The position numbers and the translations under genes are program-made. A DNA stretch of 64,000 nt from a candidate division FCPU426 bacterium (GTDB taxonomy: Bacteria; Oederibacteriota; Muellerivitia; Muellerivitales; Muellerivitaceae): assembly GCA_963830915.1 (NCBI GenBank), contig CAWHOE010000027.1:32001-96000 (forward strand), written 5' to 3'. Of this stretch, positions 41,068 to 49,926 are shown piece by piece; the first letter of the stretch is position 1, and each line of letters opens with the position of its first letter. The notes beneath the pieces were generated by a model. The model was not told the DNA's origin. It saw nothing but the letters and a program-made list of their open reading frames with translations, and searched no databases.

Positions 41068-41676
41068 TCAAAAGGCGGCTACTGATTTTAAACTAGACTT
41101 CAAAATATCTTCAACAGTTGATTTCTCGCCCAGGGCTTGAGCCGCCGTCAGGACCGCCCTCCGGGACTCAGCGGCCGAGTAACCCAGCGCCATCATGGCC
41201 TGGATCGCGTCCCCAATGCTCCTGGTTTCGGCGCCGAGAACGCTTTCTTCGGACAGAGCGGCCCCACCCACTAATTTTGTTACCTTATCTTTTAATTCCA
41301 GCACCAGATGCTGGGCGGTTTTCTGGCCGATCCCCGGGATGGTTTTCAGGGTGACCAGATCGTTCCTTAGGACCGCCTCATAGAATGCCTCCGGCGAATG
41401 GGTGGAAAGGATGTTCATGGCCGCCTTGGGACCCACTCCCGAAACGGATAAAGCCAACAGGAACGCCTGCTTTTCCGATTCCTTAATGAACCCGAACAAC
41501 TGCATCAGATCTTCCCGGACATGGAGGTAGGTCTTGAGCAGGACCGTCTTACCAACGGGCGGAAGGCCTTGGAGCGTCCGCTGAGAAACCGTCACCTCGT
41601 ATCCCACCCCGTTCACATCGATCTCCAAACGGTCGGGATGCTTGGCGGTCATTACTCCCTGCAAAAAAGCGATCAT
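41068..41676 (-). CDS. ruvA: Holliday junction branch migration protein RuvA
   Basis: MIAFLQG, VNGVGYEV, VREDLMQLFGF, VSGVGPK, IPGIGQKTA, ALGY. Confidence 0.96.
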   Translation of the reverse strand: MIAFLQGVMTAKHPDRLEIDVNGVGYEVTVSQRTLQGLPPVGKTVLLKTYLHVREDLMQLFGFIKESEKQAFLLALSVSGVGPKAAMNILSTHSPEAFYEAVLRNDLVTLKTIPGIGQKTAQHLVLELKDKVTKLVGGAALSEESVLGAETRSIGDAIQAMMALGYSAAESRRAVLTAAQALGEKSTVEDILKSSLKSVAAF

Positions 41677-41727
41677 TTTCTCTCCAAACGGCTACGGGGC
41701 TGAAAGGCCTACCGAAAACTTTCCCCG

Positions 41728-42297
41728 CTAATCTTCCAGGAAATTCAGGTGAACCAGGATATGCAGCAGCTCCTCGACCTGGGTCAAGGCGGGCGCCTCT
41801 TTGTTCTGGGTCGCTGCGTACCAGAAGGAGATCACGTTTTGGTCCAGCCAGATGCCTTTGGACTCAAAATCCTCATCGATGACCAGGGCTTTGTAATAAT
41901 GCTCGTCCAGTTCGTTATCCGTGATCGGGCTCTTGAGGCCCGAGGCCCTCAACTTGATGTGTTCCTTGGCCTGGTTGAAGTATTTCTGGTCCTCATCAGC
42001 CAAGTTCTCGAAAACCACCTGGGCCGCTTCCCGATCGATGGCCTCGATTACGGCTTTATCGATCCAGACCCCCATGCTTTCCTCGTCCCAGAGGTACTGG
42101 TGTCCCTGGTGCTCCAGGAGGGTCATGGGCTGACTGCTGTCAGGACTGAGTTTTTCGGTCTTGCCCTTGTTCTCGGTGTCCCTAAGATAATCCTCGGGAG
42201 TGACATTGAATTTCTCGTCGACCGGATATCCGCATTCCGAACAGTACCTGGCGTTCTCGAATAGTTTGTTTCGGCAGTTCTTGCATTTCATGGACAT
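41728..42297 (-). CDS. Zinc-ribbon protein with two degenerate zf-TFIIB-like repeats
   Basis: N-terminal CKNC...YCSECG; repeats SPDSSQPM...WDEESMGVWID and SPITDNEL...IDEDFESKGIWLD. Confidence 0.65.
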   Translation of the reverse strand: MSMKCKNCRNKLFENARYCSECGYPVDEKFNVTPEDYLRDTENKGKTEKLSPDSSQPMTLLEHQGHQYLWDEESMGVWIDKAVIEAIDREAAQVVFENLADEDQKYFNQAKEHIKLRASGLKSPITDNELDEHYYKALVIDEDFESKGIWLDQNVISFWYAATQNKEAPALTQVEELLHILVHLNFLED

Positions 42298-42311
42298 AAT
42301 GCTCCTATTCT

Positions 42312-42875
42312 TTAGTGAGGCGGGAATCCCAAGGGACTCCGAGAAAGCCTCTTCACCAACTCCGACAACCGGGTGCCCGAACATTGAACATGGGTGATGG
42401 CAATCGCCAGCGCATCCGCCGTGTCGTCAGGCCTGGGGATCTCTGCGAGCCCCAGTAACAACTTGACCATCTTTTGCACTTGAGTCTTATCGGCGGCGCC
42501 GAACCCGGCGACCGCCTGTTTCACTTCCATCGGACGATACTCGAAAACCGGCAACCCCTCCAACCCGCAAACCGTCATAGCCACACCCCGGGCCTGCCCC
42601 ACCACGATGGCGGTCTTGACGTTGCGTGAGAAGAACAGATCCTCCACAGCCACGGCCTGGGGCTTGACCTTTTTTATTATCTTTTGCAGGTCCCTGAACA
42701 GGGACGCCAGCCTCTTTTCGAGTGGGTCCTTGGAGGACGTGGTCAGGGTCCCGTATTCCAGGGCTTTCATCTGATTTCCCTGCTGAAGCACTGCGCCGTA
42801 ACCCATCCGGGCCAGTCCCGGATCGATCCCCAACACGACCGTTTGGCCGGACCGGGGGAGAGGCTTATTTTTCAA
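42312..42875 (-). CDS. ruvC: Crossover junction endodeoxyribonuclease RuvC
   Basis: VLGIDPG, AVEDLFFSRN, GQARGV, EVKQAVAG.G.ADK.QV, DDTADALAIA. Confidence 0.95.
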   Translation of the reverse strand: MKNKPLPRSGQTVVLGIDPGLARMGYGAVLQQGNQMKALEYGTLTTSSKDPLEKRLASLFRDLQKIIKKVKPQAVAVEDLFFSRNVKTAIVVGQARGVAMTVCGLEGLPVFEYRPMEVKQAVAGFGAADKTQVQKMVKLLLGLAEIPRPDDTADALAIAITHVQCSGTRLSELVKRLSRSPLGFPPH

Positions 42876-43617
42876 GCTTAGCCATGATTTCTTCACTGAT
42901 GTCGAAATTCGCGTAAACGTTCTGGACATCCTCGTACTCGTCCAAAGCGTCATAAAGCTTCAATAAGGATTCGGCCTTTCTCTCATCCAAGGGGACGGTG
43001 GTCTTGGGGATCATGGTGACCTCACCACTTTCGGTGGCGATCTTTTTATCTTCCAGGGCCTTTTTGACCTTATCGAAAGTGGCGTCCGGGGCGGTCACCA
43101 CCTCATAAACATCCGCCTTGTCGGTTTTCAAATCCTCCGCGCCCGCGTCCAGCACCAATCCCATCAGGTCATCCTCGCCGATGGCGCTTTTCTTGACCGT
43201 GATCAGGCCTTTTTTATCGAATAGGAACGAGACCGATCCCGATTCCGCCATGTTCCCGTTGTATTTGGAGAAGATGGAACGGATATCGGCTGCCGTACGG
43301 TTCTTGTTGTCCGTGACCACTTCTACCAGGATGGCCACACCGGCTGGGCCGTAACCCTCGTATAAGAACTCCTCGATCGCCGCACCAGCCTCGGCTCCCG
43401 TCCCTTTGTTGATGGCCCGCTTGATGGTATCGGCGGGCATGCTGACTTCCTTGGCTTTCATCAGGATGGTGCGCAGGCGCAAGTTGGTGTCCGGGTCTCC
43501 CCCGTTCTTGGCGGCCAGTTGGATTTCCTTCGAAAGGCGGGAAAATACCTGCCCCCTTTTCTGATCCAGCGCGCCCTTATACCTTTTGACCTTGGCCCAT
43601 TTGCTATGTCCGCTCAT
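42865..43617 (-). CDS. yebC: YebC/PmpR family protein
   Basis: MSGHSKW, YEGYGPAG, TDNKNRT, DVQNVYAN. Confidence 0.96.
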   Translation of the reverse strand: MSGHSKWAKVKRYKGALDQKRGQVFSRLSKEIQLAAKNGGDPDTNLRLRTILMKAKEVSMPADTIKRAINKGTGAEAGAAIEEFLYEGYGPAGVAILVEVVTDNKNRTAADIRSIFSKYNGNMAESGSVSFLFDKKGLITVKKSAIGEDDLMGLVLDAGAEDLKTDKADVYEVVTAPDATFDKVKKALEDKKIATESGEVTMIPKTTVPLDERKAESLLKLYDALDEYEDVQNVYANFDISEEIMAKLEK

Positions 43618-43870
43618 CGTTCGACCTCTTGATGTTTCATTAAAAATAAATCCATAAAACCAGAAAAATTTCCATTGTCCCGTTCTTTCGGGCAATGGGA
43701 CCGGAGAAAACGATGGAAAAATATGGGTTTCCCCGAGAAAAAAAAGCCCTAAAACGACAAAAGGCCGCTTTCTGGAAGAACGACTCAAGAAAGCGAACCT
43801 TTGTTGGTCAAAATTATACTGACCGACTTATAAGAAGGCTACTAAAAACCGGGGTTAAATCCCTGTTGCT

Positions 43871-45634
43871 TCAAGGCGTTTTGGATGAATCCGAGGAATT
43901 TTCATGGTGTTTATCCGGAGGTAGCGAACTGGCTAAAAGCAGGACCAAGGGAGCGTTCCAATTGATGGCCACCTCATTGGAGGAATAGGAACCCTGAACG
44001 TCCACATAAGACCTGGCTGGGGGTCCTTTGGGTATTTGCCGAAGGGCCGGATCCCCAGGGTATTGGTTGGGTCCGCCAGCCAACAAGCCAGGCCAGGGCT
44101 GGGACAATCCAAGGGCCGCCGTGGGCCTATGATGGGGATGAAGGACCGAGTGACTCCCCAACTGGGTAACGAAGCAAAGGCCAAAAGCGTTCCTTCCGAA
44201 CAGATAGTGAAGGTTCTCCAAGGCTGTGGAGACATAATCCCGGCTCGGTTTCATGCGTTCCGCGGCCAGGAGAAGAACTCCGAAATTGGCGGCCACGGCG
44301 TTGGAACCCCATATGTAATTGGCCGACCGCAGGCTATGGTGATAACCGGTCAGATGGGAGGCCTTGACCACGCTGTCAGCGGCTTTCAAGGTTTGATCCT
44401 CGATATCGACGATCGTTCCCCCATCCGCTTCTTCCCTATTGGAAAAATAATAGTCCCACAAACCCAGGTTAGAAACCGTCCCCCAGGACTGGGGCCAAAG
44501 ATCCGAGACCGGATACTTTTGATAGTGGGTCACGAAATATTTGTTATATTCCCCCTTGCCTGTAAGACGGAACAACTCGGCCGCGGCCCAAAGGATCTCA
44601 TCCCCGCAATCACCGTCTCCATAACCTCCCGTTCCCACGCCTGAGGGATTGGAAAAGGTCACGTTCGGATGGGCGATCAACCATGGCCAGGCTTTTTCCG
44701 CGGCCTTTCGACATTCCTCCGCGTATTGGGGCAGGAAAGGCCGATAGATCCGAGACGCCATGGCCATGACAGCCGCGAAATCCCCGGTGGCTCCTGTGCT
44801 TTTGTAAGGATCCTTTCCCGTGCCGATGATGTATCGCGTTCCCCCATCGTCCTTTTCCGGGGCGACAAACCCACAGAATTTTTCCGTGGTCAGTTTGTGC
44901 CAAACCCCGCCATCCGAATCCTGCATGGTCAGCATCCAATCCAGGTTCCACTTGATCTCGTTGAGAATGTCAGGAATGCCATTGCCCGACTCCGGCAAAT
45001 CCAGACGGATGGCCCCCACTTTTTCCGGGAACCATTCATAAGCCCAAAGCAGGGTGCCGCACGAAATACCGGAGTTGACCATATACTTGCCGTAATCGCC
45101 CGCGTCATGCCAACCCTTGGTGGCGTTCTTGGAACCCGTTTTGCCTGAGGATGGATGGAAAGCCCCGTCTTGGGTATGACAGGCGTTGTGGTGATATTGG
45201 GGGAATCGTGGACCCAGATCTACCGGGATCCCACATCTTTGACCGTAATAGGACCTCATACACAGATAGTAGGCATCGGAGTAAACATCGTGAGTGATCT
45301 TGAATGGAAAACTGTAACCGGCCCCAGGCACGGTGATAAAAAACTCTCCCGTCTCTTGGAGCGAAGAAAAATCGGCTTCCCGCAAAGAATCCCCGGAATC
45401 AGGATCATCCATTACCGGGCCTAACTTTCCTTTGAAGACAACTTTCTTGTCGGAAGTCCGGAGGACCTGGAAAGTTCCTTTGGCCTTGGGCGAGGAGATG
45501 AAAGCGCTTTTGGGTTGGTCGGGAAGGTATCCCACCTGGTCCACTTTGATCTCCAGGCTGGGTTCAGCGGAAACCCTGACCGTCCACAGGACCATCAGGA
45601 TCAAAAACACGACCGATACTTTTTTCAAGAACAC
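43871..45634 (-). CDS. Glycoside hydrolase family 9 with N-terminal Ig-like (CelD_N) domain, secreted
   Basis: Signal peptide; DQVGYLP; GWHDAGDYGKY catalytic Asp motif; HPHHR; YVDVQGSYSSNEVAINWNA catalytic Glu motif. Confidence 0.93.
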   Translation of the reverse strand: MFLKKVSVVFLILMVLWTVRVSAEPSLEIKVDQVGYLPDQPKSAFISSPKAKGTFQVLRTSDKKVVFKGKLGPVMDDPDSGDSLREADFSSLQETGEFFITVPGAGYSFPFKITHDVYSDAYYLCMRSYYGQRCGIPVDLGPRFPQYHHNACHTQDGAFHPSSGKTGSKNATKGWHDAGDYGKYMVNSGISCGTLLWAYEWFPEKVGAIRLDLPESGNGIPDILNEIKWNLDWMLTMQDSDGGVWHKLTTEKFCGFVAPEKDDGGTRYIIGTGKDPYKSTGATGDFAAVMAMASRIYRPFLPQYAEECRKAAEKAWPWLIAHPNVTFSNPSGVGTGGYGDGDCGDEILWAAAELFRLTGKGEYNKYFVTHYQKYPVSDLWPQSWGTVSNLGLWDYYFSNREEADGGTIVDIEDQTLKAADSVVKASHLTGYHHSLRSANYIWGSNAVAANFGVLLLAAERMKPSRDYVSTALENLHYLFGRNAFGLCFVTQLGSHSVLHPHHRPTAALGLSQPWPGLLAGGPNQYPGDPALRQIPKGPPARSYVDVQGSYSSNEVAINWNAPLVLLLASSLPPDKHHENSSDSSKTP

Positions 45635-45641
45635 CTTTGGA

Positions 45642-46883
45642 TCATGAAATGACCTTCAAAAAAACCTTACCGGAACGAATGAGTCCCGTCTCGCCCGCGC
45701 CGACCCGGATGATCTCATTGAAGGACACGATCTTCCGTTTTTCCTGTTTGGCGTCCACCCATTCCACCGCGCCCTGTTCGATCAAACGTTTGGCGTCGCT
45801 CTTGGTCTTGGTCACCCCGATGGACACCATAAAATCCGCCGCTTTATGGTCTCCAGGCGCGACCCGGACCTTTTTATAGTCCACCGTTTGGTCCATTTGG
45901 TGGCGGTTCTCGAAATAATCCCAGGCATCCTGGGCCTGGGTCCCATCGTAGAACCTCTTGGTGATCTCCATGGCCAATTCCTGCTTGGCCTGTTTGGGAT
46001 GGAATTTGCCTTGAGCCACCTGATCCTTTCTATCCTTCCACGCTTGGGTGGACAGATCGGACAGGAGTTCGTAGTACCTCCACATGAGTTCATCCGAAAC
46101 ACTCATGAGTTTGGCGAACATTTCATTGGGAGTGTCCGTCACTCCCACGTAATTGCCCAGGCTCTTGGACATCTTTTTGACCCCATCCAATCCCTCAAGT
46201 AATGGCATGGCCAGGATGGATTGGGGCTTTTGACCCACCTCTTCCTGCAGGGCCCGACCGACCAGGCAGTTGAACTTTTGATCCGTCCCGCACATCTCCA
46301 CATCGGACTGCAAGACCACCGAATCATAGCCCTGGATCAGTGGATAAAGGAGTTCGTGCAGGCTGATGGGTCTTTGTTCCTTCATGCGGTTGGTGAAATC
46401 GTCCCTCTCCAGGATACGGGCGACCGTATAGCGGGAAGCCAGACGAATCACATCCTCAAAGGACATGGGTCTGCACCATTCGCTGTTGTAACGGATCTCG
46501 ATCTTCTGCGGATCCTTATCCAGGACCCGGAAAACCTGTTCCATATAAGTCTTGGCGTTGGCTTCCACTTCTTCCCGGGTGAGGGGTTTGCGCATGACCG
46601 ATTTGCCGGTCGGGTCCCCGATCATGGCGGTGAAATCACCGATCAAGAATTGGACCTTGTGTCCCAGGTCCTGGAATTTCCGCAGTTTCCGCAAGACCAC
46701 TGTATGACCCAGGTGGATGTCGGGGGCGGAAGGATCGGCGCCCCATTTCACCTTCAATGGCCGTCCCTCTTGATAGGACGTTTTTAGGTTTTCCAATAGC
46801 TCCGCCTTGGAGATGACCTCGGAGGCCCCTTGGAGCAATTCTTCAAGTTGTTCTTCCGGCTTCTTGGAAAAGGTGATTTTCAT
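45642..46883 (-). CDS. tyrS: Tyrosine--tRNA ligase
   Basis: [13 protein letters not shown] (HIGH), [21 protein letters not shown]-terminal S4 domain. Confidence 0.97.
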   Translation of the reverse strand: MKITFSKKPEEQLEELLQGASEVISKAELLENLKTSYQEGRPLKVKWGADPSAPDIHLGHTVVLRKLRKFQDLGHKVQFLIGDFTAMIGDPTGKSVMRKPLTREEVEANAKTYMEQVFRVLDKDPQKIEIRYNSEWCRPMSFEDVIRLASRYTVARILERDDFTNRMKEQRPISLHELLYPLIQGYDSVVLQSDVEMCGTDQKFNCLVGRALQEEVGQKPQSILAMPLLEGLDGVKKMSKSLGNYVGVTDTPNEMFAKLMSVSDELMWRYYELLSDLSTQAWKDRKDQVAQGKFHPKQAKQELAMEITKRFYDGTQAQDAWDYFENRHQMDQTVDYKKVRVAPGDHKAADFMVSIGVTKTKSDAKRLIEQGAVEWVDAKQEKRKIVSFNEIIRVGAGETGLIRSGKVFLKVIS

Positions 46884-47008
46884 GGGCCACATCATAACAA
46901 AGGAAGACGGAACGGGCTGTTGAAAAATGCCTCCCCTGCTATAATGAACGGCTTGCGGCTGGAAAACCCCTTTCAGGCGGTGCCGCGATCAAGAACAAAG
47001 GATCCCTC

Positions 47009-49219
47009 TTGCCGATTGAAAAATCAAAACGACCCAATTCTTCCCTTCTGAAGACCCTCTTCGCCCTCGCCTTCGCGGTGGTCGGCGTACTGATGGGAGT
47101 GCTCTATGCCCAGCTCCAGGAACTTCCCGACATCACCAACCTGAACGAGTTCAAACCCTCGCAGGCCACCAAGATCTACGATATGAACGGCGAGTTGGTT
47201 AGCCAATTATGGTTGGAACAGCGGACGATCGTTCCCCTGGAAAAGATCCCCGTGACCCTCCAGAACGCCGTCATTGCCATTGAGGACCAGCGTTTCTATG
47301 AGCACTGGGGCATCGACCCTATCGGCGTCATCCGGGCATTCGTGGTGAACGTGACCGCCGGAGGTGTCCGCCAGGGCGCTAGCACCTTGACCGAGCAGCT
47401 GGCCAAGAACCTTTTCCTCACCCGGGAGAGGACGCTGACCCGAAGGGTCCGGGAAGCCCTGCTTTCCCTGCAGATCGAGAGGAATTACTCGAAGAAACAG
47501 ATCCTGGAAATGTACTTGAACGAGATCTATTTCGGTGCCGGCGCCTATGGTGTGGAATCGGCAGCCCGGACCTATTTTGGTAAACATGTGGAAGAACTTT
47601 CCCTTCCCGAGTGTGCGCTACTGGCAGGTCTGCCCAAGTCCCCCACCAACTTCGATCCCTACAAGAATCCCCTGGAAGCGTTGAAACGGCGCAATACGGT
47701 CCTGACCGAAATGGTGAACGCCTCTTTCATCACCGCCCAAGAAGCCACCGAGGCAAAGAACACCCCTGTTGAACTCAAGAAGATCGAGGTCCAGAACGCC
47801 CCTTATTTCGTGGAATATATCCGCCAGCAATTGGAAGCTCGGTACGGTTCCAACGCTGTCTATAAGGGCGGCCTGTCCGTCTATACCACCCTGGACCTGA
47901 AACTTCAAGAAGCGGCTCAGAGGGCCCTGGCCAAAGGCATCGAGAATGCCGAGATCGTTGCCCGCAAGAACCGTCTGACCAATATCCCTGTGGACCAGCC
48001 CATCCAGGGGGCCCTTCTGGCCATGGATCCCCACACGGGCGCCATCCGGTCCATGATCGGCGGGATCGACTACCGCAAGAGTGTTTTCAACCGTGCCATC
48101 CAGGCAAAACGCCAGCCAGGATCCGCCTTCAAACCCATCATTTACGCGGCCGCCATTGAGAATGGCTACACCATGGCGGATGTATTCCTAGACTCGCCAG
48201 TGGTCTATCCCGACCCCACCACGGGCAAGCCGTGGCGCCCGGTCAACTTCTCGGAGAAATTCAGGGGCCCCACCACCCTGCATACGGCCTTGATGTACTC
48301 CATCAATGTGGTCACCATCAAACTCCTGGAAAAACTTGGCATCCAGCCCGTGGTCAGCATGGCCAGGCGCCTGGGGATCACAACCCCCATCAAACCCAAC
48401 CTTTCCCTGGGGTTGGGAACTTCCGAGGTCTTCCTGGAAGAAATGGTACAAGCCTTCTCCGTATTCGCTAACCAAGGTATACGGGTAGAGCCATTTGGCA
48501 TCGTGACGGTCAAGGACAATTCAGGCAAGATTTTGGAAAGTAACACCCCGACTGGGCAGCAAGTATTGGACGCCAAGACAGCCTACATCATGGTAAATAC
48601 CATGAAGGACGTCATCGACCACGGGACCGGACGCATCATCCGCCGCCTCGGATTCACTTATCCGGCGGCGGGAAAGACCGGGACCACCAATGACAACGTG
48701 GACGCCTGGTTCATTGGATTCACTCCGGACCTGACCTGCGGGGTCTGGGTGGGCTATGACGAGCGCCAGAGCCTGGGCCGCAAGCAGACCGGCGGTGAGG
48801 CGGCCGCCCCGATCTGGGCCGAGTTCATGAAAGCCGCGACCGCGGGGAAACCGCCAGTGGATTTCGGATCACCGAGAGGTTCGGATAGTGATTTCGTGAA
48901 AAAGAAGATCTGCCTGGACTCTGGGTTGTTGGCCACACAATATTGTACCAATACAAGGGATGAGGTCTTCAAAAAGGAAACGGCCCCCACGAAATTCTGC
49001 ACCCTGCATCATGGTAATGGGGCCAGTGCCACTGGTGTCGACGACACTTCGGGAGGTAATCCCCAGCCAGGCGGTGATATCTTGGAGATGGAAGCCCAAC
49101 CTGTCACCCAAGCCGCCCCCGTGACCGTGGCCACACCAGGGGAAGCGGAAGAAACAACAGAAACGGAACCGAAGAAACCCAGTAGCGATAAGGAAAGTTA
49201 CCCCGACGAAGGGTTTTAA
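47009..49219 (+). CDS. Class A penicillin-binding protein (PBP1A family)
   Basis: TM anchor; EDQRFYEH and GASTLTEQL transglycosylase motifs; SAFK, SIN and KTG transpeptidase motifs. Confidence 0.95.
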   Translation: MPIEKSKRPNSSLLKTLFALAFAVVGVLMGVLYAQLQELPDITNLNEFKPSQATKIYDMNGELVSQLWLEQRTIVPLEKIPVTLQNAVIAIEDQRFYEHWGIDPIGVIRAFVVNVTAGGVRQGASTLTEQLAKNLFLTRERTLTRRVREALLSLQIERNYSKKQILEMYLNEIYFGAGAYGVESAARTYFGKHVEELSLPECALLAGLPKSPTNFDPYKNPLEALKRRNTVLTEMVNASFITAQEATEAKNTPVELKKIEVQNAPYFVEYIRQQLEARYGSNAVYKGGLSVYTTLDLKLQEAAQRALAKGIENAEIVARKNRLTNIPVDQPIQGALLAMDPHTGAIRSMIGGIDYRKSVFNRAIQAKRQPGSAFKPIIYAAAIENGYTMADVFLDSPVVYPDPTTGKPWRPVNFSEKFRGPTTLHTALMYSINVVTIKLLEKLGIQPVVSMARRLGITTPIKPNLSLGLGTSEVFLEEMVQAFSVFANQGIRVEPFGIVTVKDNSGKILESNTPTGQQVLDAKTAYIMVNTMKDVIDHGTGRIIRRLGFTYPAAGKTGTTNDNVDAWFIGFTPDLTCGVWVGYDERQSLGRKQTGGEAAAPIWAEFMKAATAGKPPVDFGSPRGSDSDFVKKKICLDSGLLATQYCTNTRDEVFKKETAPTKFCTLHHGNGASATGVDDTSGGNPQPGGDILEMEAQPVTQAAPVTVATPGEAEETTETEPKKPSSDKESYPDEGF

Positions 49220-49236
49220 AGAAGTTTTTTTGGATT

Positions 49237-49716
49237 TTATTCCGTTGAGCCTTTGACCTGCTCCACCGCGACCCGTAGGACTGGTTTCAAGACATCCAAA
49301 GCGTCCTTCACCGAGGTTGGTGAACCCGGCAGGTTGATCAGGATTGTCTTTCCCCTGATACCCGCCAAACCCCTGGTCAATATCACCTGGGGGCTTTTCT
49401 CATGGGCCTTCACCCTTACCATCTCAGCCAAACCCGGGACCCACTTCTCACAGATCTGCATCATCGATTCGGGAACCCGGTCTTTATCCTGCAACCCGAT
49501 CCCATCCAACGTGAAGATCACATCCACATGCCCGCTGTCGGCTACCTGGATCAAATAGTTCGTGACATGTTCCTGATCATCTCCCAGGATATGCCGTTGC
49601 AATAGTTCCCAACCCATCTTTCGGCAAGTAGCTTCCATAAGTTCACCCAACTCATCATGGGCTCCCTCGACGGTATAACGGTTCCCAACGGTCAAGACTA
49701 CGACATGGATGGGCAT
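49237..49716 (-). CDS. MogA/MoaB molybdopterin adenylyltransferase family (motifs partly diverged)
   Basis: VVLTVG, DVIFT.DG.G...DRVPE, RGLAGIRGKTILINLPGSP. Confidence 0.8.
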   Translation of the reverse strand: MPIHVVVLTVGNRYTVEGAHDELGELMEATCRKMGWELLQRHILGDDQEHVTNYLIQVADSGHVDVIFTLDGIGLQDKDRVPESMMQICEKWVPGLAEMVRVKAHEKSPQVILTRGLAGIRGKTILINLPGSPTSVKDALDVLKPVLRVAVEQVKGSTE

Positions 49717-49926
49717 AAAACTTACCTCTTTGGCTTTTGCGGCAGATTAACCCAGACGATGATCAATTCCAAGGTTCATTTTATACTTTAGAGAGATCCT
49801 CATTCATCCAAAAACGAAGAAAGTAAAACAATAGCCAAAAGAATCCAACAAATGGGTGTCGATCACGGATTTTAAAGTTTTGCTAATGAGGAATATGAAA
49901 CAAGCGACGAAAGAAAACGGAACCAA

